NCBI RefSeq assembly: GCF_006345805.1
Contig: NC_042998.1
Coordinates: forward strand, 42,098,001-42,162,000
Length of the DNA stretch: 64,000 nt
Origin: Octopus sinensis
Taxonomy: Eukaryota
Direction: 5' to 3'
Below are positions 26,021 through 39,000 of the stretch, one piece after another. The translations under genes and the position numbers were made by a program. The notes under the pieces are model-generated. The model saw nothing but the letters and a program-made list of their open reading frames with translations. It did not search any database and was not told where the DNA came from. Numbering within the stretch: position 1 is the stretch's first letter; every line of letters begins with the position of its first letter.

Positions 26021-26476
26021 GAAATGTTTGATGTGATCCTAGATGAAAACCAGCTAGACGACGCCTGCCAACATTTAGCTGAATATCTTGAACGCTACTG
26101 GCGAGCCACTCACCCAGCTTCCATGAACCCTCAAAATGAACCCAAACATCACTCCTCTCATACAAATATCATGTCAAGTTCATTGTCACGCGAGGCCCAG
26201 CTCCACGGTGATTCTCCAGAAAGACAGTTACATGAACGTGGAAGTAGTGGTGGTGGGCGTATGCTTCAAGATCGTGAATATGATTCTGAGAGGACACACG
26301 ATCGACCTAGAGACAGTGATCGAGGTGCTCCTCGAGGAGTACCTGAATTTACAGATATTCGAGGTGTACATGATAGACGTGATCGAAGTCATCATGTGGA
26401 CTCACGCGAAAGAGGTTATTCATCTCCCCGAAGCCAGAGACACCCACCTATCAAGGAAGGCAGTATAGACATCTAA
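26021..26476 (+). CDS. CACNB: Cav-beta terminal coding exon (end of GK domain and low-complexity C-tail)
   Basis: ctttacag|GAA ATG TTT GAT; [32 protein letters not shown]...IKEGSIDI*, stop TAA at 26474-26476. Confidence 0.97.
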   Translation, partial: EMFDVILDENQLDDACQHLAEYLERYWRATHPASMNPQNEPKHHSSHTNIMSSSLSREAQLHGDSPERQLHERGSSGGGRMLQDREYDSERTHDRPRDSDRGAPRGVPEFTDIRGVHDRRDRSHHVDSRERGYSSPRSQRHPPIKEGSIDI

Positions 26477-28377
26477 TCATATTGATGGCATGAATGTCAG
26501 CTATTAAAATTTCTCATGTCAGCATTTGTATGGCAGCTGAAATGAGCTGCAATATGCACACTTAACATCTATTAATATTTCTATACTGCAAAACGTGGTC
26601 AAAGGAGATAACTATTTTACAGTTGTACTACACGACTTTACTAGGATTTCTCAACATTCTGGCAGTTTAGAAACAATGATTTTCTTAAATCAGGTTTATG
26701 GCATATTCTGTCAAATGATAACGAAAATCCTGGTAATAGTTATGCCTCCTCTGTTGCTTCCTTGAGTTAGTTTGACAGGGTTGAGAACAATTTGAGCCTT
26801 GCCAGGCTTGGGTGTGGTTATCTATCATTTCTTTGTTCTCCAGGTGGCTCTAACTTCATAAAATACCTTGGTTGATATGAATATCTTCCAAAACCCAGCT
26901 TAAACCCTTCAGGCCACTGCAGTATCATTACTGAAACCTCTTCTTTGTCTAAAAGTTGAACAAAATTACACAGCTGATTCCATCAGACAACCATCTGCTG
27001 GTACTTTCGGCACCTCACTGGAATGAGCAAAATATATATATATAAATAATATAATAATATAATGAAACAAATTAAGAAGAAAATCATTTCAAATTCACAA
27101 GAAGTTATGGTGATTGCTCAAAGAAAGATTTTACTAATTGTTCGAGAAGTTGTCAACTTCAATATGTGCATCAGTTTTATGAGACTCAAATCCCTATTTG
27201 GGGTTCTTTTATGAAGTTTTTTTTTATTATTATTGGCTGTTGACAATTCAAGGAAAAAAAAGCAAAACAAAAATATAACAGATAAACTCACTTTGGTATT
27301 ATCCAACATTTCAGCAACTCAAATTTGATGTAAACATCACCCTGTTGAGCTGTGCTTTACTTTGTGGTCTATTTCTTCCTTTTCCTTTTATCTTTTCTTT
27401 TCTCCTTCACTTTTTCTTTTTTTTTTTCTATCTTCTTCTTTCTTCCTTCTTCTAAATCTATTAAACTAGACACAAGATTCTCCAATAATGCAAGCTCTAG
27501 CTTTGGGGTAGGGTTGGCGGGGATGATGTCGACATAAACAGCTACTGCTGCTGCTGCTATTTCAAAACAACACAATGCAAACTATTTGGGGGCTAAAGGG
27601 GCGTCCAATTGTTGCTGGTTCCATACATTTGTATTACGCGTTTAACCCTTTCCCAGCCAAATGGACATCAATGTATAGCCCCAACCAACAAAAAGAAGTT
27701 CGTTTAGAACAGTGACTATTGCTGGCTCTGATGATGGATGTATGGCAGCATTGATATCTAAAAATATTCAAGCGAGTGATCTCTTTGGAGAGAGAGAGAG
27801 AGAGTGAGAGAGAGAGAGCGAGAGAGAGAGAGAGAGGAAAAGAAGTAAGAGACTTAAAAAGAAAAGAATCCCAGTTGCAACCAAGCCCTCAATGATGCCC
27901 TCTTGTGCATCTAAACTGCAGCAACGTTTTGTATGGAGAAACACAACCTATAAATAAAGTACACCTTTCAAAAATTTCTTTTTAAAATTTGACTGGTTGA
28001 AAAATGTTGGCAAAAATGGCTGCCTCCACTAATTCTCTCACACAGCTAGGAGTCAATAGCTGAACAGGGTGACAACAATATGCAGAGTGAGAAGAAAAAA
28101 ATATATAAGAAGTGATAATGGCTTTTACTTCCAAATAACATAAAAGATTTTGAAAAAAAAAAAAGAAAAAAAGGAACAAAACTACTAGTGAAAATATCTA
28201 TTAAAAATGAAAATGCTAAGAAAATTCTTCTTCAAAAAAAAAAATTAAGGATGAAAATTATTTTAAAGTGTGAGAAATCAATTTCCCCCACCCTCAACAC
28301 ACAACTAAATTGTTTGAAGTTATTAAAGATTACACATTTTGAAAAAAAAAAAAACAAAACAAAAAGAATTCATTATT

Positions 28378-28438
<61 letters not shown>
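28378..28438. repeat. (CTA)n microsatellite
   Basis: Directly visible. Confidence 0.95.
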
Positions 28439-28701
28439 GTGAACAATGTTGAAAATATAATAATTATTTAAAAAAAAAAACACGAAAAATATCCAAATTT
28501 GTTGCTGTGACTAATATATTGGACTTTTTTCTAAGAAAAAACAAACAAAAAAGGAAACATTTTCTTGTGATGTCTGTAATTGTTGATATAATGTGATTAC
28601 GTCATTACCTGCTGACCTGCATTCACTGTGAGGAGGTATTTCTCCTTCCATTCTTGGTCTCAATTCCTACACTTTCTAAACTTGTTCTTTTCTTTCATTC
28701 T

Positions 28702-28808
28702 CCTTCTTCTTCTTCTTCTTCTTCTTCTTCTTCTTCTTCTTCTTCTTCTTCTTCTTCTCTTCTTCTTCTTCTTCTTCTTCTTCTTCTTCTTCTTCTTCTT
28801 CTTCTTCC
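28702..28808. repeat. (CTT)n microsatellite
   Basis: Directly visible. Confidence 0.95.
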
Positions 28809-29159
28809 TTTGTTCTTCTCTAAGTTTCTTTCATCTTAACTTAAAACAGAGTTCTCTCTTTATAATCATTTTATTTATCTGTATATTTATTTCACAACAA
28901 AACAAAACAAAAAAAAAGAAAGAAAGAAGAAACAAAACAAAACAAAAATCAGTCTCCTTTCTTATTCGCAGACATTTGGCTCTTTGCTCTGCCCTCATCA
29001 CGAGTAACTAATGTAACAGACTGGTTGTGGCATGCTACTATGTAACTTGAGTGTACCATCAAACCGCTAACTAGAAGAATGGGGGTTACATGATTATATT
29101 GACACACCTCAGCTATGTTGTACCTAATAATGAAAACTATTTTTCTTACATTTTTGAAT

Positions 29160-29325
29160 ATATCTTATCTATCAATGTGTGCATGTACATATGTTTGTAT
29201 GTATCCATATATGTACATTTATGTGTATGTATGTATGTGTGCATATGATTATATATATGTATATGTGTATATATAGTTATACACACACACATATACGTAA
29301 ACATACGTAATGAATATATATATAC

Positions 29326-29394
<69 letters not shown>

Positions 29395-29734
29395 ATATAT
29401 ATACATATATACATATATGTATGTATACGTATACATATATGTGTACTCATGTGTATGGATGTGTATTCATAAAATTATATATATGTGTGTGTACAAATAT
29501 ATATATGTATGTGTGTATATATATATATATGTATAATTTTTATGAATAATCTATATTCCTTTCTCTCTCTCTCCCTCCCTCCTCTCTCTCTATCTTTTTA
29601 TTTGTGTGCATGTGTGTTTATTATGTATGCATATATATATGTACATTCACATACATAAACACATATTTCTATACATATGTATTTGTGTTTGTACATATGT
29701 ATGTATATATATATATATGTACAAACACAAATAC

Positions 29735-29786
<52 letters not shown>

Positions 29787-29983
29787 TCATCATCATCATT
29801 CATTTAGCGTCCGTTTTCCATGCTAGCATGGGTTGGACGGTTCAACTGGGGTCTGGGGAGCCCGAAGGCTGCACCAGGCCAGTCAGATCTGGCAGTGTTT
29901 CTACAGCTGGATGCCCTTCCTAACGCCAATATATATATATATATATACACACACATATATGTGTATGTATATGAATGTGTATG

Positions 29984-30044
<61 letters not shown>

Positions 30045-30480
30045 CATATATAATATTTACATACATACATATATATACATATGTGTGTATATATACATAT
30101 ATGTATGTATAAACACACACACATATATATGTGTGTGTATTTATGTGTATATGTGTGTATGCATTTTTTGTAAACATATATCTATATATACATATCTATA
30201 TGTGTGTGCATGTGTATATCTGTGTGTGCATGTCTGTATACACATACACACACACACACATATATCTGAATCAATCTATCTATCTATCTATCTATCTGTC
30301 AGTCTGTCTGTCTATCTGTCTATATATTAATGTGCATATGTATATGTATGTGAATGGTGTGTGTGTTTGTATATATACATGCATACATACATACATGCAT
30401 ACATATAAATATATATATATATTATATATATATATTATATATATATATATATATATAATATATATATATGCACACATTAA
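29160..30480. repeat. Compound TA/TG/CA microsatellite field containing a short retroposon tail
   Basis: Directly visible; a (CAT)n-tailed fragment sits at 29783-29928. Confidence 0.9.
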
Positions 30481-30683
30481 TATGCACGTATACTCCAGTT
30501 GCCATAAAATTATACCTATGTGGTTTATACAACCACATGGAAAGGATGTATATAGTTTTTGAGTGTGTTTATAACACATATGCATACTGCTTCGATTGTT
30601 GTATGGATGTGTGCACATATGTATACATGTAATATTATAAATACATGATGCACTCAATACATGCAAATACACACAAGCAACTT

Positions 30684-30714
<31 letters not shown>

Positions 30715-31199
30715 TTCTCTCATTCTCACAAAAAAATTTGCATTCACACATATACATACACACTACACTCACTCATACATGCATTCGAAACAATTCACAT
30801 CCAATTGAATGTGGTATTTGTATGTATTGGATATTATGCCTGGGGATCATTTTTTTTTTTTTGTGAGTGCATGATGTTGTATGCTGTACATGAATGAACC
30901 CATCCACCTCATTTCCCTTTGGGGTCTGTACTTGGAAACGGAGTGTCAACAACAACAACAATACTGGCAGCAGCAGCAACATTCTCCATTTGTTTGGAGC
31001 ACAAGGATTTTTAAACAAACTAATTAATAAAATGAAATAAAAAAAAAAATGAAATATCAAAGTGCATATCTCGTTTTCAAGAAAAGTAAATCTGATACCC
31101 TTTTTTATTTTGGCTACAATGATGCTGCCTATAGCTGAACTTAGTTCAATTAATTTGATTTATTTTTGTTTGTTTTTGTTGTTGCTGTTGTTGTTATCA

Positions 31200-31257
31200 A
31201 TATTTATTATTATTGTTGTTATTAATATCATTACTATTATTATAATTGTTATTATTA

Positions 31258-31294
<37 letters not shown>

Positions 31295-31384
31295 CATTAT
31301 TGTTATCTTTCTTTGGAGGGGGAGGGATTTGTTTTTTTTTTAAATTCCAAGTGTTGGGTTTTTTGCCAGAGAACAACAACAACT

Positions 31385-31443
<59 letters not shown>

Positions 31444-31613
31444 GAGGGATGAGGAGGAGAAAGTGGAAGAAGAGGCTGATTACGAGGAAAACGATGATAA
31501 TGATGATGATGAGGATGATGATGATGAGGAAGACGATGATGATACTGCTACTAACTTAATACTAATATCTGTTTCGTGTTTTCTTTTAATTTCTGGAAAG
31601 AATATAAAATTAA

Positions 31614-31657
<44 letters not shown>

Positions 31658-31660
31658 GGA
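31200..31660. repeat. Compound (ATT)n/(CTA)n/(GAT)n trinucleotide repeats
   Basis: Directly visible. Confidence 0.9.
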
Positions 31661-31803
31661 AATATTTTGAAATTGAGTTTTATTTTTTATTCTAGGATTA
31701 TTTTAGTTGTTTTTTTAAATATTATTTATTTCATTCTTTCTTTCATATTATATTCTTACATTTTAGTTTTGAAACCTTTCATATTCTTGATCACATCATG
31801 CTG

Positions 31804-31839
<36 letters not shown>

Positions 31840-32169
31840 AAACACACACATTCAGTTGAATATCAAATTGAGCTTTCCTTGTGATGTTTTCACCATATTT
31901 ATTATTGAAAATGCTTACATTTACATAAACATATCATACATACATTTCCAGATGTACATACACACAAATAAAACTTTCTTTCCTACTGCACAATAATGGT
32001 TTGTATTTCTGGTAAAAATCCCCTGAGTTAATCCATTCCTACTGTTTTCTATTGATCAGCAATGGCTTAAGTGACTTTTCCTACTTGTATCATGTTTGTT
32101 GAAACAGATTTGGCTTTCTTTTTTTACCTCTAGTTAACTTTTGGATTGTATTGAAATAATTTTCCCCTA

Positions 32170-32205
<36 letters not shown>

Positions 32206-33560
32206 TATTATTATTATATTATTATTATTATTATCATTATTATCATTATTATTGTTGTTGTTGTTGTTGTTGTTATTCATGTAGGTTCTTGGCTAATATA
32301 GACTGTAAACTGGTTTCAGCCCCTTGTTGGACCTTTTTTTACCTTACATATGTCACTAATGCATTTGAGAAAGATATGAAGTATCATGATATCTTCTGTC
32401 CTCTTGCCTATTAATTTATTATCAAGCTTTGTGCCTGCCTATGTAACAAACAATTATTTTAATTTTTTTTTCTTATCATATAGTAATTTTTAAAGTTTTA
32501 GATTATTTTTAAACTTTTAAATTTCCTATTTTTCTTTTTTTTTTTTTTTAGTTTAATGGGTATATTTTAAAAATTATTTATATTTTAATTAGCAAATTAT
32601 TTATGCCAGTTGGATTTTTATAGATTTAAAAACTATTGCTAGCTGTTTTTGATACCCCTTTCTCTTTCATCAGTTATTTTCCTGTGCTGTACATTTTCCA
32701 GAACAATTTGTAAGAAAGTTTCGCTTCGAAATCACACACACACACACACACACACACAACACACACACACACACACACATACACACACACACACCACACA
32801 CACCACACCACACACACACACCACACAGAGTTTGTTTATTTCCCAGGTTATTTCTTTCTTTTTTTTTTCATTTTGAATGCATTTGAAACTAACACAAAAA
32901 CCCAACTTGATATTGCACATGAAAAGCAGATCTGTTTCTTTTCTTGTAGGCTTTAATTTTTATTTATTTCTACATTGATTAACTCAACTACTTCATTCTC
33001 TTCCTATGTTTATGCTAGTTAAACTTCATTTTTTTACAGTCATATAAATTTTATTCAGGCAAATTTGTCTCATTTTTTTTTTTCACTCTCTTTATTATGT
33101 AGCATGGAATCTTTACATCACACTACCTATATCTGGCAGTTCTAATTGTTATTATTTCTCTTTAAAAAAATACGAGTTAGCTGAAATGTTAAAAATCAAC
33201 AAAAACTCTTTGAAAATGGATTAAATTTAACACATTTTTTTTTCATCTCTCTTTTTTAATATATGACATTAAAAAACCAGCTCAGTAATATCTTATCTTC
33301 CTTTTGTTAATCTATATATCTTGTTTTTTTTTTTTCTTTCTTCTTATTTTTAATATTCCTTTCTGGTGAATATCATTCTTCAACTTAGTAACTGCAGTTT
33401 ATGTTTAAGTCTTTTCCTAACTAATAACACTGTTTCTCTTCCCATAAACATTTTGACAAGTTAAAATACATCATACTTAAAATAAAAAAAATAAATAAAA
33501 ACATTTTAAAACTTACAGTAAATGAATCTGTCAGCAATTTATTAGAATTTATTATTATTA

Positions 33561-33604
<44 letters not shown>

Positions 33605-35199
33605 CTCCAAATATTTTTTTCTATCAGTTTCTATCACTTAATTGCTATCAAAAGCATCTACAACCACCACCGCCATCACTGCTACTACCTTCCAACACTG
33701 TCATCACTACCACCACCACCACCACCACCTCCACAACTACCTTTATCACTACAACCACCATTACAACACAAAGGAAAAAAAAAGGAAAAACAAAAATACT
33801 CTTACTATTTCTATTTAGCCACAAAATCCTGTGGTCTACCACATGTTCCCTGTTTACACTGAATGTTGTAAAGGAAATATATGGTTCATTTATTTTGTTG
33901 TATAATTTCACTTTTAATTAAATAATTTAAAACAAAAATAAATGAAAATTTCCGTTATGTTCTAAACCCATAAAAAAAAGCAAAAAAAAAGAGGCGAAAA
34001 AAAAGAAGAAAAATAACTAAAACGACAAAAAAAAAAGATAACTTCTTTTAAGTATCTCAGACCTTTCTCCCTTCCACTTCATAACATAAAAGCTTTTAAA
34101 TTTCTGTTATATCATTTCTGTTGAGTTAGTTTTCGTTTCATCCTGCAAAAAAGCTGTTACCAATGCACTGAGGTTGATGCTATTTAGTAATTTACTGGAT
34201 GTCACCAGGTACTTTGTTATCACTGGTACTACTTATATTTCTCAATTTCACACCCCACTCTTGATAACTGTGTGGCTGTACAAACTTTACTAGGGAACCA
34301 GCAGGTATAAGAAATTTTAGTGATGTAGAAAGACTAGTAAGTAAAAGCAGCCCACCTTTGTCCATTGAATCTGTTTACAGATGAAATCTATTACAACTGC
34401 CCAAATACCAAAACTCTAATTCCTTTTCCTATTTCTAATTGCGAACGCCTTATATATTAGTAAAATTAATATGAGTGATAAAAAGGAGAGAGAGGGAGAG
34501 AGAATGTATATGTGTGTGAGAGAGAGGGTGAGTGTATGTGTATATGTGTGTAAGAGAGAGGAGGTCTATAAAGAGAGACAGAAAGACAGGGAGAATCCTC
34601 ATAATATTTTCCACATAAACTTTTATTGCATGCTATCTGCAGGTTCTTGTTAAAATTTAAATCTTTTATGTCATTGTTGTTCTTCAAATCTTCAAATTTA
34701 TGGAAGTTTGTTAATATATCATTGTTAAATCAATAAAACATAATTCATTATCAGAAGCATTTTTTTCCTTAACCAGTTCAAAGACAAATAACAGACTCTA
34801 GTTGTGATGAAGCAGTATCTACTGTATTCAAATAGACATTTGGTTGATATCATTTTTAATTTGGATACATTGTAGAAGTCACCTCAGGTCTGAGAAAGAA
34901 ACATAATTTTGAATTTTATCTGACCTATTTGTTGGGTTATCATTCAAAGAGTCTCCTTGGGGGCAAAACCACCAATTCCTCATGGCCTTTAGGATAGGAT
35001 AAATCCTTATCATTGCTCTATACACATCATTAGTTTAGAATGAAACCTGACCATTATCAATATTTGATATTAGGTTACTGATGTATTTTTTCTTTCCCTC
35101 TTTCTTTTTTCTCTCACATACTCATACATACTTTCTCTCTCTCTCTCTCACTCTGTCTATCTACCTGTCCATTTCATGTTCTAGAGTATGTGAGTGTGC

Positions 35200-35217
35200 G
35201 TATTTGTATGTATATGA

Positions 35218-35262
<45 letters not shown>

Positions 35263-35294
35263 AGTGTGTGTGTGTGCTTGTGTTTAAGTATGTC

Positions 35295-35330
<36 letters not shown>

Positions 35331-35418
35331 CATAAATATATGTATACATATATAAATATATATATATTTACATATACACATATATATATGTATACATATA
35401 TAAATATATATTTATATG

Positions 35419-35477
<59 letters not shown>

Positions 35478-35480
35478 GCA

Positions 35481-35528
<48 letters not shown>

Positions 35529-35555
35529 CACATATATATGTATGTATATATGTGA
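35200..35555. repeat. TA/TG microsatellite field
   Basis: Directly visible. Confidence 0.9.
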
Positions 35556-35964
35556 TTGTGTGTGAGTTTATTTATCTCCATGTCTCTTTATAATCACCAG
35601 TATAAACTGGTGTTATATCCCTTTATTTCAGGGCATAAAGTAGTAATTTGATTAAATATAGATAGACAAAATGAGTACCAGACTGAAATAAATTCAGGGA
35701 TTGCTATAATTGACTAAAACTCTTGCAGGATGTGCTCCAGTAACCAGTGAAAGAATGAAAGATTCTCAGGTATATCTGTTGTGATTGTCATTGTTTTTTA
35801 TGTCAATTTTTCCATAATAGTGTAGTTTGGATGGGACGTTTTTCTATGGTAATGTTTTACAGCCAGATGCCCTTCCCTTTTTCTTACCTCTTACCAACGT
35901 GATGTACCTATTCTAAAAACAAGAGATATATATGTGTGTGTGAGTAATTGCATTTGTGTGTGCC

Positions 35965-36020
<56 letters not shown>

Positions 36021-39000
36021 ATTGATGCAGGTATGTGAACTTACATGCTGGACTTTAAGTTTCTGTTTCAACAATTTGATGATCGTTACACATCTTCAAC
36101 CATGCAATGATCACCAAATCTTTAACACAGAAACTTAATCATATATATTATATGTACATCCCCATGTCAGTATAACTCAGTAAATATAGCCCTCTGGCGG
36201 GGTCTACCTCTTTTGCCATCACACATGGTTTGCCAATATATATATATATATATATATAGATGTGTGTAAGAGAGAGAGAGAGAGAGAACAAACCAGACAG
36301 TTTGTTCATAAGTTATTTACTTACGTTATTTAGAAAAAATTCTCTTATTTAGAGTTCATTCTGAATAACGTAACTAAATAATATAGTTCTCCTTTTATTT
36401 CTTTTTTCTATATTTACTCTGTTATCTTTTGGACAATGGAGACCAGTGAAAGGATACTCGGACTATGATAAGAGTTCTTGCACTTTGCTGTTTTGATGTA
36501 TACATATCCACATGGAGTTCTGAATACTGGTTGTATGTCATGTAATTTATATTTAAATCCAGCTGTTCATATGTATATGTGTATGTGTGTGTCTGTGTAA
36601 ATGTATGCATGTATGTCATCACCTCTTAATGCCAGCATGGAAAATTGATGTGTTAAACATATTAATGATACATATACACACAAATGCACATATATGTATA
36701 AATGTGGAATGTATGTGCATATATATATATATATACACGTATATACATATATATACACATATATTATGTGTGTGTGTGTTCCTTTCTGTGGAAGAGCGTA
36801 AGCTCAAAATGTTAAAGACTTTTTGACTTCCCGATCGTTATACTAATACATCTGTTTGTTGTCTACACCACCTGGCTTCTTTTGTTTTTTGTGAATTCTT
36901 CCTCCCTCCCTCCTTATCTCTCTCTCTCTATATATATATATATATGTTTACATATATGTATATATATATATTATATGATGATATATATCTATATATATTA
37001 TATTACATATATCTGTGATTCTTACAGAACTAGTTTTGTAGCATTCTTGGAGAATTCACAAATAATTTCGCTGTAAATTTTCTAGGAATACAACACAGAA
37101 CTAATCCTATAAGTGTCACTTATCATTAATTTTCTCTCCACTTATTGTATACCTTACTATAATTGTGGTTCCTTCCATTTCTATCAGAATCACTGACTAC
37201 AATTTTATGAGAAGTTTGCTTCTCAACCTCATGGTTTCTTGTTTGGTTCACTGCACAGCACCTGAGATAAGTGCTCCTATAACTCTGGGCCAACTAATAC
37301 CTTGCGAGTGAATTTGATAGACTGCTGGAAGTTTATTGTGTGTTTGTGCTTGAACATGTATGAATACTGATATTCCATGATTGCCACTGCATGGGTGAGA
37401 TGGTGAGGTTGACATTCCTACCAGTTATTCTCTGGTTTGGAGACCTCTGGAATAAAAGAAATCCCTCTTTTGTAAAACAGGTAAAGGTTGTTAACAAGAA
37501 GAGCATCTGGCCTTAAAATCCTGCCTCAACACCCTGTCAAACCCATGCTAGCATGGAAAAACAGATGTTAAACAAATGGCCAAATACATATATTAGCAAA
37601 TATATATGTAAAATACACTACACATACACCAAATAAATGTCCCTTAACAAAGGCAGCTTTTAATAGTATATTACTGTTTAAATGCTGGGATAGTAATACA
37701 AGTATGCAAGTACACATTGTCAAATCACATCATCTTGTAAGTGCTCATACATTTTGGCATGTGTGTATGTATTTATGTTTGATTGGCTCTATAATTTATT
37801 TCCTGATACGAGTTTTATTCATATCATATATTTTCTTAACTGGTAATAGCTGACATAATGAAAGGCATATCTTGACATAAACTCCGATGTGGTGGTATCT
37901 TTGACATTTTGATTATTGTGATACATTTGACTTTACTGTTATTGTTACTCCAAACAATTATTGTGGTATTGAAGGTTCAGCTACTATTGTGACATGTTAC
38001 AATTATTATATCAATATATTTAACTTCAGATTCTTAAATGCAGTTCTTTAGAATAATAATAACAATAATCTTTGCTACTTTCAATGTATTTTCAGGGAAT
38101 ATATTTACATCTAATGCCTGAATTCTAAAAAGGAAATATGCTATATATCATTGTTTTAGAAGTGATCTATACTCAACTTATAATACTGAAATATTTTTAT
38201 CTTCTATCTTTCCTGTTTGAAACCTAATGATACATTTCACTTCATTATTTGATGTATCCTAGAATTTTTACTTAATTTTATTACGACAGTATATTAGACT
38301 TGACTCTTTTTTAGACATAATACCTTTTACCAGCATGTGACATCTGTATTAACAGAATAGTCCATTTGGATTTTTATATATTAATGTTAATTCTGCTTAA
38401 CAAGGAAAGAAATGATTTATGCATATATTGTAAGACTAATTTAAAATGTTATCATAATGACAAGTATATATTTGATATTTGTAAGTTACAGTTAGTAATT
38501 TAATGACAAATTTCTGAAAATTCATATTTCCTTATGTGGCAACATACTAACCATACAATATCATTTAATATTGGAATTTTTAATGACAACAAGCTTCTAT
38601 AATCAATATTAAAAAAAAATGACTCATTGACCTATTTGAAATAGTCAGCGATAAATAGTTCAGTTGACATTGATAATTTCATATTTATGTATGAAATGAA
38701 ATAATAATAAATAGGTTTATTTATTTATTTGAGTTCAAGCAATTTTGAACATAATTTATAGTATATTAATTGCCCTGAAGGATAAGGCATTTTAATTGTC
38801 ATTCACGTTTAGTTATCTATGAATATTTATATTATGTCAAATAATTTGCAAGGAAAACATTCAATTTACTACCTATAAAGTCAACATTTTGTAGTTTTAC
38901 TGATTTACTTGCTAAATTCTTCACTAAGCATTAATTTTGTTGCAATGATACCAATACACAGGGCAGGAAGTACTGTATATTCCATTATTTACTCCACACA

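Noticed and set aside
26136-26468. 110-aa overlapping alternative-frame ORF in the last Cav-beta exon
   Set aside because: Shadow frame with no recognisable motif.
26675-26722. ATGA...AAA...TGAT SECIS-like pattern in the 3' UTR
   Set aside because: The spacing and helix II do not fit, and the visible CDS has no in-frame TGA.
31313-31804. 163-aa ORF with poly-L, acidic and poly-Y runs
   Set aside because: It is built from (CTA)n, (GAT)n and (ATT)n repeats and has no splice or homology support.
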